64,000 bases of DNA, taken from contig OZ252295.1 in NCBI GenBank assembly GCA_965250195.1, positions 1,295,212 to 1,359,211 of the forward strand, in the 5' to 3' direction. A program made the translations under genes and the position numbers. This DNA is from Dehalococcoidia bacterium. GTDB lineage: Bacteria; Chloroflexota; Dehalococcoidia; Lucifugimonadales; UBA2962. Position 1 is the first letter of the stretch, and each line of letters starts with the position of its first letter. The notes under the pieces are model-generated. The model was not told the DNA's origin. It did not search any database and worked only from the letters and a program-made list of their open reading frames with translations. Positions 53,733 through 62,821 of this stretch are shown here, piece after piece.

Positions 53733-53742
53733 GAAAAGTCCA

Positions 53743-54186
53743 ATGACCGAAAAGACAGAACACGCCCGTTTAGAAGCCTTTCTAAAGCCGTCGCTAATCG
53801 CGGTGGCGGCCACCGTGGGCACCAGCGGCATGCCACAGGTGACCCCGGTCTGGTACGACTACCGGGACGGGGCCATGCTCATCTCCGTCACCAAGGAGCG
53901 TCTCAAGTACAAGAACCTCGTCCGCGACCCCCGTCTGTCGGTGTGCGTGTACGGCCCGCCTCTGGCCAAGGTATTCGTCACCATGACCGGCCGGGCCGAG
54001 CTGTCCGACGATGACTCCATCTGGGAGCCCACCCGGAGAATCTGTGAGCGCTACATGTCGGCGGACGAAATCGAGCCCTGGATGCGGATGCTCAAGGGCG
54101 AGAACCGCGTCATCATCACCCTCAGGCCAGATCGTGTCATGTTCAAAGACCTCGACGCGATACTCCCCGCCGGACCCGGTGGCTAG
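53743..54186 (+). CDS. PPOX-class (pyridoxamine 5'-phosphate oxidase fold) probable F420-dependent enzyme
   Basis: A 147-aa split-barrel pattern ...IAVAATVGTSGMPQVTPVWYDY...RDPRLSVCV.... Confidence 0.7.
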   Translation: MTEKTEHARLEAFLKPSLIAVAATVGTSGMPQVTPVWYDYRDGAMLISVTKERLKYKNLVRDPRLSVCVYGPPLAKVFVTMTGRAELSDDDSIWEPTRRICERYMSADEIEPWMRMLKGENRVIITLRPDRVMFKDLDAILPAGPGG

Positions 54187-54245
54187 GCACGGCTCCCAGG
54201 GGCTCACGGCTCCTAGGGACATACACTGGGGGCGGCACTGAGAAA

Positions 54246-55328
54246 ATGGCCGCCATCCTGCACGCTGACTTCGACGCCTTCTACACCTCGGTAGAACAGC
54301 GCGACGACCCGGCGCTGCGCGGTAAGCCCGTCGTCGTGGGTGGCGACCCCGAAACGAGGGGCGTCGTTGCGGCCGCATCTTACGAAGTGCGGGAGTTCGG
54401 CGTCCGCTCCGCCATGCCCATGAAGACCGCCATGAGGCTGTGCCCCCACGCCGTTCGGGTTTATCCGAGGTTCGAGGTTTATCGAGACGTCTCCCGCCAG
54501 GTCATGGAGATTTTTCGTGTGGTCACGCCCCTGGTCGAGCCGCTCTCTCTCGATGAGGCGTTTTTGGACGTCACGAATCGAGTGGATGAGCAATGGTCCC
54601 CGGAAAAGATTGCCCGCGGCCTCAAGGGCCGTATCAAAAAGCGCACGAGCCTGACCATCTCCATCGGCGTCGCGTCCAGCAAGTCGGTGGCAAAGATCGC
54701 CTCGGACATGGACAAGCCCGACGGTCTCACGGTGGTCGTTCCAGGTAAAGAACAGCAGTTCTTGGCTCCGCTCCCGGTTGGCCGACTGTGGGGCATCGGC
54801 CCCAAGACCCAGGAGCGCCTGGCGGGCGACGAAATCACGACCATCGGTCAGCTCGCAGAGCGACCGGTCGAATGGTTCGCGAAAAATTTCGGGAAAAACG
54901 GCCCGTTTTTTCGGGACCTCGCCAACGGCATCGACCAAAGGCCCGTAGTGGTGGAACGCAGGCGAAAGTCTTTGAGCGCCGAGACCACGCTCGCCGTCGA
55001 CTCCGGCGACACCGAGCAGCTAACCGAACTGGTCGAGAGATTGAGCGCAAGGGTTGGAAGCCAGTTAGAGCGGCGGGGCATGTCCGGCCGCACCGTGAAG
55101 CTGAAGCTGCGGCTGGAAGATTTTACGACTTTCACCCGCCAGGTAACGCTTGATCACCCGGTGTCATCACCGGACGAAATCGGCCGGGCGGCGACGGAGA
55201 TGCTGCGCCGAGAGCTGGCCCCAGACCGGCGCTTCCGGCTCGTCGGCGTCGGCGTCTCCGGCTTCGAGACCCCCGAGACGGCCGAAGAAGAGAACCCCTT
55301 GCAGCCCCGTCTGGTCGGACTGGGCTAG
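54246..55328 (+). CDS. dinB: DNA polymerase IV
   Basis: ILHADFDAFYTSVEQRDDPALRGKPVVVGG, SLDEAFLDVT, and GIGPKT motifs. Confidence 0.92.
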   Translation: MAAILHADFDAFYTSVEQRDDPALRGKPVVVGGDPETRGVVAAASYEVREFGVRSAMPMKTAMRLCPHAVRVYPRFEVYRDVSRQVMEIFRVVTPLVEPLSLDEAFLDVTNRVDEQWSPEKIARGLKGRIKKRTSLTISIGVASSKSVAKIASDMDKPDGLTVVVPGKEQQFLAPLPVGRLWGIGPKTQERLAGDEITTIGQLAERPVEWFAKNFGKNGPFFRDLANGIDQRPVVVERRRKSLSAETTLAVDSGDTEQLTELVERLSARVGSQLERRGMSGRTVKLKLRLEDFTTFTRQVTLDHPVSSPDEIGRAATEMLRRELAPDRRFRLVGVGVSGFETPETAEEENPLQPRLVGLG

Positions 55329-55371
55329 AGTGCCGTGTGGACCGGGTCCGCATGCTCTAACATCGGTTGCC

Positions 55372-55989
55372 ATGATCGCCGACCCCTCATCGACGCCTGA
55401 GCCCGACGGCCTCGTTCGCTGCCACGACGAGGTCTACGAGACCTTCGAGCGTCTCGAATATCACGACCGTTACTGGGGCACCCCCACGCGCAACGAGCGG
55501 CGGCTCTTCGAATTCCTCTCCCTCAGCGGAATGCAGGCCGGTCTCAGCTGGTGGACAATCTGGCGTCGCCGGGAGGCTTTTCGCGCAGCATTTGACGATT
55601 TTGAACCCTCTAAAGTAGCGGACTACGGCGAAGACAAGATCGAAAAACTGCTCAACGACAAGGGGATAATTCGCAACCGGACCAAAATCAACGGAATCAT
55701 CACCAACGCCCGTGCCATCGGGACCCTGGCTCCTGAGTTCGCCAGTTTGACCGATTACCTTTGGTCCTATTTGGGCGGCAGCCCGAGGCTCAACCGGTGG
55801 GCCCGCAACGAGACCGTCCCCGCCGTCGCGCCGCCGGCGCAAGAGTTGAGTGTCGACATGAAGAAGCGCGGATTCAAATTCTGCGGGCCGACCATCATGT
55901 ACGCCTACATCGGCTCCGTCGGCCTCGTAAACGACCACCGCGAGGGCTGCTACAAGCAGGGCGAGCAACCCTTTGATATGAGCCGTTAA
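55372..55989 (+). CDS. tag: DNA-3-methyladenine glycosylase I (Tag), paralog 1
   Basis: RC...YHDRYWGTP...FEFLSLSGMQAGLSWWTIWRRREAFRAAF...IIRNRTKI...GPTIMYAYIGSVGLVNDH. The start is set at ATG 55372; the tracked ORF (55150) merely extends over the dinB 3' end. Confidence 0.85.
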   Translation: MIADPSSTPEPDGLVRCHDEVYETFERLEYHDRYWGTPTRNERRLFEFLSLSGMQAGLSWWTIWRRREAFRAAFDDFEPSKVADYGEDKIEKLLNDKGIIRNRTKINGIITNARAIGTLAPEFASLTDYLWSYLGGSPRLNRWARNETVPAVAPPAQELSVDMKKRGFKFCGPTIMYAYIGSVGLVNDHREGCYKQGEQPFDMSR

Positions 55990-55992
55990 CCC

Positions 55993-56568
55993 ATGCCCGA
56001 GCCAACCCGCTGCGACTGGTCCACCGACGACCCTGAGATGGTCGCCTACCACGACGAGGTGTGGGGGGTGCCACAGCGCGACGACCGGGCGCTGTTCGAG
56101 TTCCTAACGCTGGAGGGCGCCCAGGCGGGCCTGAGCTGGAGCACAATCTTGCACAAACGTGAAGGCTATCTTCGCGCCTTCGAAAAATTCGACGCCTCCG
56201 TCGTGGCAGGATACGACGAGGCCAAAATCGAGAGCTTGCTTGCCGACCCCGGCATCATCCGCAACCGCCTCAAGGTGCGCTCCACCATCACCAACGCGGC
56301 CGTGATAATCGAGCTACGGGATGCGGGCGTCAGCCTGTCCGATTACCTGTGGGCCTTCGTGGATGGCGTACCGATCGTGAACCGGCGCCGCGAAATGTCG
56401 GAAGTCCCCGCCGTCACGGACGAGGCTGCGGCCATGAGCAAGGCGCTGAAAAAGCGTGGCTTCCGCTTCGTCGGCCCAACCATCTGCTACGCGTTAATGC
56501 AGGCCTGCGGCATGGTCAACGACCACGTAGTGGACTGCTTCCGGTACTCAGAAGTGTCTGAGGGCTAG
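55993..56568 (+). CDS. tag: DNA-3-methyladenine glycosylase I (Tag), paralog 2
   Basis: RCDW...YHDEVWGVP...FEFLTLEGAQAGLSWSTILHKREGY...IIRNRLKV...GPTICYALMQACGMVNDH. Confidence 0.9.
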   Translation: MPEPTRCDWSTDDPEMVAYHDEVWGVPQRDDRALFEFLTLEGAQAGLSWSTILHKREGYLRAFEKFDASVVAGYDEAKIESLLADPGIIRNRLKVRSTITNAAVIIELRDAGVSLSDYLWAFVDGVPIVNRRREMSEVPAVTDEAAAMSKALKKRGFRFVGPTICYALMQACGMVNDHVVDCFRYSEVSEG

Positions 56569-57521
56569 CCGAGTACAGCCCCGGCGAAGTCGTCGTGCCC
56601 GGCCATGAACTCGGGCGCCGAGACCGCCTTGCGGCCTGCCATCTGTAGCCGCGTGATTGACAGCGTCCCCTCGCCCGTCGCCACCGCGATGACGCCGCCC
56701 AAGACCGAAACCGAGACCGTAACTGTGCCCGGCGCCTGTGCGTCCCCGGTCGTCGCCGTCGCTTCAAGCAACTTCACCGTCTTGTCGCCCCAGGCCGTAA
56801 ATGTTCCCGGCCACGGGTGATAGGCGCGCACCATGCGGGCGATGTGATCGGCCGACGCATCCCAGTCGATACGCCCGTCCTCCCGGGACAGCCGTTTTGA
56901 CAGCGTCGCGCCCGAGCCGTCTTGCGGCTGCGGCTCTGAGCGCCCCGCGTCCAGGTCGGTGAGTGCATCGATTAGCAGCCCGGCCCCCATATCGAACAGG
57001 CGCCTGGTCAGCGCCGGGGTGCCCTCGTCCGGTTCGATTGGCGTCCGGCTTTGTGCCAGCAGCGGCCCGGTGTCGAGGCCTTCGTCCAGCAGCATCACCG
57101 TGACGCCGGTCGTCTCGTCGCCGCTCAGAATCGCAGCGGCGACGGGAGAGGCACCCCGGTGTTGGGGCAGCAGCGATGGGTGAATGTTCAGGCAACCGAG
57201 CCGGGGCGCATCCAGCACGGCTTTAGGCAAGATCTTCCCGTAGGCCGCGACCACCGCGGCGTCGGGCTCCAGCGCCGCGAACTGAGCCTGCGCGACGGCG
57301 CCCTTGAGCGATCCCGGTTGCAAGACTCGCAGTCCTCGCTCCTCGGCAAACGCCTTCACCGGCGTCGGCTGCGTTTTCTTGCCTCGTCCGGCGGGCTTAT
57401 CGGGTTGCGTGTAGACGCCGACCACCTCGTGCCCGGCGCCGAGCAATAGCTCCAGCACCGGCACCGCAAAGCCGGGCGTCCCCATAAATACGATTCGTAT
57501 CTTCGTCTCCGTCTTTGCCAA
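56565..57521 (-). CDS. fmt: Methionyl-tRNA formyltransferase
   Basis: IVFMGTPGFAVP, NIHPSLLPQHRGASP, and the C-terminal Fmt domain. Confidence 0.92.
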   Translation of the reverse strand: MAKTETKIRIVFMGTPGFAVPVLELLLGAGHEVVGVYTQPDKPAGRGKKTQPTPVKAFAEERGLRVLQPGSLKGAVAQAQFAALEPDAAVVAAYGKILPKAVLDAPRLGCLNIHPSLLPQHRGASPVAAAILSGDETTGVTVMLLDEGLDTGPLLAQSRTPIEPDEGTPALTRRLFDMGAGLLIDALTDLDAGRSEPQPQDGSGATLSKRLSREDGRIDWDASADHIARMVRAYHPWPGTFTAWGDKTVKLLEATATTGDAQAPGTVTVSVSVLGGVIAVATGEGTLSITRLQMAGRKAVSAPEFMAGHDDFAGAVLG

Positions 57522-57530
57522 CCGTGTCCC

Positions 57531-58661
57531 TCAGTGCCCGAGCAGCGCCGGCAGTTTCTTGAGTTGTTCCAGATCCCGTATCGACACGAACCGGTCGACG
57601 TGACCCTCTGCCGCTACTAGCGACCGGGTTGCTTGTTCATAGCCCTCGCCGCCCAGGAGCGGGTTCAGCCAGTACACCCGTCGCACCCGGCGGCGCATGC
57701 GGCGCAGCTCTCGCGCAAGCCTCTCGGGCGACCCCGTATCCCAGCCATCGCTGACCAGGAACACCGTTGTGAGCCGGTCTTGCAGCGCCGGGTACCGGGT
57801 GTTGATGTGAGACAGGCTGTCGCCGATCCTAGTCCCCCCCGACCAGTGGTCGACCGCGTCCCCGATCTTTGTCAGCGCGTCTCGAAACGTGGGGGCGGCC
57901 AGCAGGCCGGTGACACGAGTGACAGAGGTACTGAAAACAAACGTCTCGGCCCGCGTCGTCTGTTGGGCGATGCCGTAGGCCAGCTCCAACATGAGCCCGG
58001 CATTGCGGTCCATGGATCCGCTCGCGTCCAACGCCAGTAGTAGCCGGGGCGTCCGTTCAATGCGCGTCCTGCGCGGCAGGTACAGCGGATCGCCGCCCGA
58101 GCCCAGGCTCTTGCGAAGCACGCCTCGCATGTCGATCGTTCCACGTCTGCGGTGACGCCGCAGCCTGCGAGACGGCCGCGATGCCAGCGCGGCGACGATG
58201 CGGGCGGCGACGCGCGAGACCTGCTCGGCCCGGTCCGAGTCCAGCACTGCCAGGTCGGCGCCCTGGTCGGACTCGTTGGTGCTCGCCCCCGTCCGTACGA
58301 GTTGAAGGAGTATGTCCTCGGAATTGGGGTCATGCCACACACCGGCGGCTACCCCGGCGGTGGCTCGCACCCGGGCTTTGCCGGGCAGATCGCGGCTTGC
58401 GTCTCGGGGCTCCCGCTCCGGAGGAGCATCGAAATCCCAGAAGCGTTGGAACAGCGCGTCGAACGTCGGCACCTCGTGCCGGGCCGACACCAGCACGGCC
58501 CTCAGCGCCCAGTACACGCTGCCGGGAGTGAGCAGGTCCACCAGCGCCATCGCCCGCAGCGCGTCCACGCTCTCGGGCGGCCCGGCGGTGAGGCCGTGGT
58601 CGCGGAGCGCCCGGCAGAACCTCGTCACGTGCGAGCTAACGTCATAGTCGGCCGTCGTCAT
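57531..58661 (-). CDS. VWA domain-containing CoxE-like protein
   Basis: N-terminal ...FCRALRDHGLTAGPPESVDALRAM... and a C-terminal VWA/MIDAS region LLLALDASGSM...FLVSDGWDTG, as in CoxE-type proteins that partner MoxR/CoxD ATPases. Confidence 0.8.
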   Translation of the reverse strand: MTTADYDVSSHVTRFCRALRDHGLTAGPPESVDALRAMALVDLLTPGSVYWALRAVLVSARHEVPTFDALFQRFWDFDAPPEREPRDASRDLPGKARVRATAGVAAGVWHDPNSEDILLQLVRTGASTNESDQGADLAVLDSDRAEQVSRVAARIVAALASRPSRRLRRHRRRGTIDMRGVLRKSLGSGGDPLYLPRRTRIERTPRLLLALDASGSMDRNAGLMLELAYGIAQQTTRAETFVFSTSVTRVTGLLAAPTFRDALTKIGDAVDHWSGGTRIGDSLSHINTRYPALQDRLTTVFLVSDGWDTGSPERLARELRRMRRRVRRVYWLNPLLGGEGYEQATRSLVAAEGHVDRFVSIRDLEQLKKLPALLGH

Positions 58662-58715
58662 ATCGCCATTCTAGCGGCGCCTCGTCTTTGGTGAAGGCTC
58701 GCCGAACGGGCGTTG

Positions 58716-58724
58716 TGCTAATAT
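58716..58724 (+). promoter_or_regulatory. Candidate extended -10 element (TGcTAATAT) upstream of the DUF1800 cluster
   Basis: TGCTAATAT at 58716-58724 in the divergent spacer between the VWA gene and the DUF1800 gene. No convincing -35 element. Confidence 0.3.
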
Positions 58725-58814
58725 CCGGCCCATCCCAGGTATCGCCCCCTGCACCGGCCATTTTGGCACGAGGGCCGCATATCGCCGGGGTCGCCACAAA
58801 GCGAGGAGAAGCGA

Positions 58815-60254
58815 ATGGCAACGACGGACGAACTCGCCCTAACCGCCCACCTTATGCGCCGCGCCGGTTTCGGCGTGTCTTGGTCCGACCTTGAGCGGCT
58901 GTCCGGCCAGAACTACGAGCAGCTAGTAGAAGAACTGCTCCACCCGGAGGACAACCCCCCGGTGGACGAGTTCCTTCTTTACCGTTACCACCCCACCACC
59001 GAGATACCGGGCGGCAACGTGGCCCAGGGTCAGGCCAACTACCTGTTCCACATGATCAACACCCCCCGGCCGCTGGAAGAGAAACTGGCGCTGTTCTGGC
59101 ACCACGTCTTCGCCACCGGGAACAACAAGGTCGACAACTGCAACCACCTCATGGACCAGGTGCAGATGTTCCGCGACCACGGCATGGGCAACTACCGCGA
59201 CATGCTCAAGCGCATCGCCCGGGACCCGGCCATGATCTACTGGCTCGACAACCAGGAGAACCACAAATACGCCCCCAACGAGAACTGGGGCAGGGAACTG
59301 CTCGAGCTTTTCTCTATGGGTGTCGGGACCTACTCGGAGACCGACGTCTTCGAGGCCTCGCGCGCCTTCACTGGCTGGACCGTCTCGGCCAAGATGCCGA
59401 GATTCCCTTATGGCCGATTCCCTTGGACCTTCGAGTTCCGGGCCGAGGACCACGACGAGACCGACAAGACGTTTTTGGGCCACACTGGCAACCTCAACGG
59501 CGACGACATCATCGACATCGTCGTTGAGCAACCGGCATGTCACCGCTTCATTGCCCGCCACCTGTACAACTTCTTCGTCGCCGACGAGCCCCAGGTACCG
59601 GCCTGGCAGATCGAAGAGCCCCGAGACCCGGCCGCAGTGGACGCCATCGCAAAGGTCTTCGTGGAGTCCAACCTGGAAATACGTCCCGTACTGAGATTCA
59701 TCTTCAACTCCGACTTCTTCAAGTCAAAGGCCGTGCGGTTCCAGAGGGTCAAGTCTCCAGCCGAGGTCGTTGTGGGCACCGTGAACATGATCGACGAATA
59801 CAAGGGGCCCGTGCCCTATCTGGAGATAGACCTCTCCCGGCAGGCCGGGTATATGGGCCAGGACATACTCGACCCGCCCAGCGTAGAGGGCTGGCACACC
59901 GGCAAGGAGTGGATCAACTCCGGCTCGCTGGTCACCCGCATCAACTTCGTCGCGGGCATGGTGAGCAACCCCGCCCACAAGGGCGTGCGCGACATCATCG
60001 ACCGGGTCCACGCCGAGCCGGGCGTCGCCTCTCCCGAGGGTCTGGTGGACGCCACGTTGAAATACATGGGCATGGTCGAAGTAGGGCAGGACACCCGGCG
60101 AGAGCTGGTAGAGCACGCCCGAGGCGCCAGCCCCATCGCCGCAAACGAAGGCGGCAACGGAAACGGCCACAGTGCCGCAAATGCGAGCACCGACACGGCC
60201 GTAATGGAGATGATGTCCCTCATCGCCGCCACTCGCGAATACCAGTTCTGTTAA
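58815..60254 (+). CDS. DUF1800 family protein (no recognisable signal peptide)
   Basis: N-terminal LTAHLMRRAGFG... and ...LFWHHVFATG...MIYWLDN...NENWGRELLELFSMGVG are the DUF1800 patterns. A GAGGAG Shine-Dalgarno precedes the ATG. Confidence 0.8.
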   Translation: MATTDELALTAHLMRRAGFGVSWSDLERLSGQNYEQLVEELLHPEDNPPVDEFLLYRYHPTTEIPGGNVAQGQANYLFHMINTPRPLEEKLALFWHHVFATGNNKVDNCNHLMDQVQMFRDHGMGNYRDMLKRIARDPAMIYWLDNQENHKYAPNENWGRELLELFSMGVGTYSETDVFEASRAFTGWTVSAKMPRFPYGRFPWTFEFRAEDHDETDKTFLGHTGNLNGDDIIDIVVEQPACHRFIARHLYNFFVADEPQVPAWQIEEPRDPAAVDAIAKVFVESNLEIRPVLRFIFNSDFFKSKAVRFQRVKSPAEVVVGTVNMIDEYKGPVPYLEIDLSRQAGYMGQDILDPPSVEGWHTGKEWINSGSLVTRINFVAGMVSNPAHKGVRDIIDRVHAEPGVASPEGLVDATLKYMGMVEVGQDTRRELVEHARGASPIAANEGGNGNGHSAANASTDTAVMEMMSLIAATREYQFC

Positions 60255-60284
60255 CCGGGTTCTCAAGTCCGAGAGGAGAAAAAT

Positions 60285-61466
60285 ATGACCACAGCACAAA
60301 AAGACCCGGTCGTCGTCGTAGTCCAGCTATCGGGTGGCAACGACTACCTCAACACCGTAGTCCCCTACGCCGACCCCAACTACTACGATGGGCGGCGTAA
60401 CCTCAACATCCCCGAAGACCAGGTTCTTCATCTCGATGATGAATTGGGCTTCCACCCTGCAATGGGACCGATGGCACGCATGTACAAAGAGGGCAACGTA
60501 GCCGTCATCCACGGCATCGGCTACCAGAACTCGGTGCGCTCCCACTTCCGGTCCATGGACATCTGGCACACGTGTGAGCCGGTGAAGGTCGGCACAGAGG
60601 GCTGGTTGGGCAGAGCTACAAGAGAGCTGGACCCGAACGGCGAAAACCCGGTCACCGCGGTCAACTTCGGCCACGGTCTGCCCCGTGCCCTGGTGGTGCC
60701 GGGAGTCTCGGTGGCATCAGTTGCGGACCTGTCCAACTACGGCCTGCTCACCGACATAGCGGAGCGGGAAAAGCGAGAGGCGGTGCTGCAGCGCTTCACC
60801 AACATCTACGCCCCTGAGATGGGAGCGGGGCAAGTTATGGATTATCTCGGCCAGACAGGTCGTGACGCCCTGAAGGGGGCCGACATCCTCAAGGCCGCGC
60901 CTCAGAAATACAACTCCACCGTCGAGTACGCTTCGACCGGCATCGCCCGGAGCCTGCGGGACATCGCCATGACCCATACGGCCAACCTCGGCACCCGCAT
61001 CTTCTACACCCAGCACGGCAGCTACGACACCCACGCCGGGCAGGCGGCTGCCCATCACAAGTTGTGGTCCGAGCTATCGGTCGCCATATCCGACTTCTGG
61101 GACGACCTGCGCGAGCACGACGCCGACGAGAACGTGGTCATGTACCTGTTCTCCGAGTTCGGTCGCCGGGTGCGCGACAACGGCTCCGGCACCGACCACG
61201 GAGCGGCCGGGGTGTCGTTTGTGATCGGTCCCAGGGTTGCGGGTGGCATGTACAGCACCTACCCGGACACCAGGGCAGAGGCGCTGGACCAGGGCGATCT
61301 CGTCCCCAACGTAGACTTCCGCAGCTCCTACGCCACCATCCTGGAGGACTGGCTGAGGCTCGACGCCGTGCCCATCGTCAAAGGCTCCTTCGAAAAGCTG
61401 GCATTCGTCGGTAGCGGCCCCAGCGGCGGCAATGGGCCCAATGGCGGCAACGGGGCTAGGGTGTAG
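60285..61466 (+). CDS. DUF1501 family protein (sulfatase/alkaline-phosphatase-like fold); lacks the usual Tat signal
   Basis: VVVQLSGGNDYLNTVVPY...HPAM...IHGIGYQNSVRSHFRSMDIW...FYTQHGSYDTHAGQ...SEFGRRVRDNGSGTDHG is the DUF1501 pattern. The N-terminus MTTAQKDP goes straight into the first beta strand. Confidence 0.8.
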   Translation: MTTAQKDPVVVVVQLSGGNDYLNTVVPYADPNYYDGRRNLNIPEDQVLHLDDELGFHPAMGPMARMYKEGNVAVIHGIGYQNSVRSHFRSMDIWHTCEPVKVGTEGWLGRATRELDPNGENPVTAVNFGHGLPRALVVPGVSVASVADLSNYGLLTDIAEREKREAVLQRFTNIYAPEMGAGQVMDYLGQTGRDALKGADILKAAPQKYNSTVEYASTGIARSLRDIAMTHTANLGTRIFYTQHGSYDTHAGQAAAHHKLWSELSVAISDFWDDLREHDADENVVMYLFSEFGRRVRDNGSGTDHGAAGVSFVIGPRVAGGMYSTYPDTRAEALDQGDLVPNVDFRSSYATILEDWLRLDAVPIVKGSFEKLAFVGSGPSGGNGPNGGNGARV

Positions 61467-61475
61467 GGAGGCGAA

Positions 61476-62483
61476 ATGCTTACGACGACAGCGCAGGGGC
61501 GAACCTGGGAATTCAGTCACGCGATAGGCCGCATCGCGGGCGTCGGCGAGGGCTTCTTCGGCCCCACTGCGGTCGCCACCGCGCCCGGCGGGATCTTGTA
61601 CGTGCTCAATCGCGGCCATGCCGGGGGCGACCTGGGCGTCACCGTGCAAAACCAGCGAGTCTCCAAACTAACGCTTGATCACGAGTTGTTGGGGGAATTT
61701 GGGCGAATGGAAATGACCTGGCCCGTCGCGCTCGCCGTAGCGCCCGACGGCCGCGTCTTTTGCACAGACGAGCACCGCAACTTCGTCGCCATCTACAGCC
61801 CAGAAGGCGAGCGCCTGGATCAATGGGGCGAACCCGGCGACGGCCCCGGCCACATGAGCGGCCCATCCGGCATCACCTTCGACAACGACGGCAACGTCTA
61901 CGTCGCGGACACAGGGTCCAATCGCATTCAACGTTTCACCAGTGACGGCGAGTACATCTCCGGTTGGGGCGGTCCTGGGACGTCCCCCGGCCAATTCCAC
62001 AGGCCCTGGGGCCTGACGGTCGATGCCGAGGGCTCGGTATACGTGGCCGACTGGGGCAACGACCGGGTGCAGAAACTCACCGGTGACGGCGTCCACCTGA
62101 TGACCCTGGGCAACGAGAACACCCACATGTCCGGGTTGCTGCGCCCCTCCGACGTCGCCATCGACTCGGCAGGCGACATCTACGTCGTGGACTGGGGCAA
62201 CCACCGCGTCCGCATCTACGATCCGTCCGGCGCCCCATTAGCATCGCTGATCGGAGACGACCAGGAGTTTTCCAAGTGGGCAAAGGCCGTCGTCGAGTCC
62301 AACCCCGACGTGGTCAAGGCATTCAGGCGCGTCGATGACCTCTCGCCCATGTACCGGTTCAACCGGCCCACGGGCATCGCCATCGACGAACACGACCGCA
62401 TCATCATCTCGGACACCAACCGGGGCCGGGTGCAGGTCTACGCCAGGGAAACGGACTTCACCGAAGCCCAGTTCAACCTTTAA
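61476..62483 (+). CDS. Six-bladed NHL-repeat beta-propeller protein
   Basis: Six NHL units are readable, e.g. GPSGITFDNDGNVYVADTGSNRIQRF, RPWGLTVDAEGSVYVADWGNDRVQKL, RPSDVAIDSAGDIYVVDWGNHRVRIY and RPTGIAIDEHDRIIISDTNRGRVQVY. Confidence 0.85.
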   Translation: MLTTTAQGRTWEFSHAIGRIAGVGEGFFGPTAVATAPGGILYVLNRGHAGGDLGVTVQNQRVSKLTLDHELLGEFGRMEMTWPVALAVAPDGRVFCTDEHRNFVAIYSPEGERLDQWGEPGDGPGHMSGPSGITFDNDGNVYVADTGSNRIQRFTSDGEYISGWGGPGTSPGQFHRPWGLTVDAEGSVYVADWGNDRVQKLTGDGVHLMTLGNENTHMSGLLRPSDVAIDSAGDIYVVDWGNHRVRIYDPSGAPLASLIGDDQEFSKWAKAVVESNPDVVKAFRRVDDLSPMYRFNRPTGIAIDEHDRIIISDTNRGRVQVYARETDFTEAQFNL

Positions 62484-62821
62484 TGCCGATGATGGTGGGC
62501 TTCTCGGCCCAGCGCTCCGAGGCGTTGCGGCGTGAGGTCGAGCGCTACGTCGCCATGATGCCGACGCTCGGTGTAGATCGCGCCGTATTGATCGGCGACC
62601 TCGCCGTCGGCAACGTCGAGCCAACGACCCCTGTTCAGCTCGTCGTCGTGCACGAAACGGACGCGCCCTTTTCCCGCAGGGCCGACTTCTTCTACAGCCA
62701 TCTGGAGCCCCGCGTCGCCCTGGACGTGACCGTCTACACCCGTGACGAGTTTTTCGAAATCTCGGAAGGCGACGGCCCTGCCGGTCAGCTCATAAGGTCC
62801 GGCGACTCCATCTTCGGCTGA
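62483..62821 (+). CDS. Minimal nucleotidyltransferase (MNT)-like protein, apparently lacking the DxD catalytic pair
   Basis: The size (112 aa), the ...LIGDLAVGN-x8-QLVVV... segment and the ...LDVTVYTRDEF tail fit the MNT fold. The position upstream of a HEPN gene, with a TGATG stop/start overlap to it, also fits. Confidence 0.55.
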   Translation: MPMMVGFSAQRSEALRREVERYVAMMPTLGVDRAVLIGDLAVGNVEPTTPVQLVVVHETDAPFSRRADFFYSHLEPRVALDVTVYTRDEFFEISEGDGPAGQLIRSGDSIFG

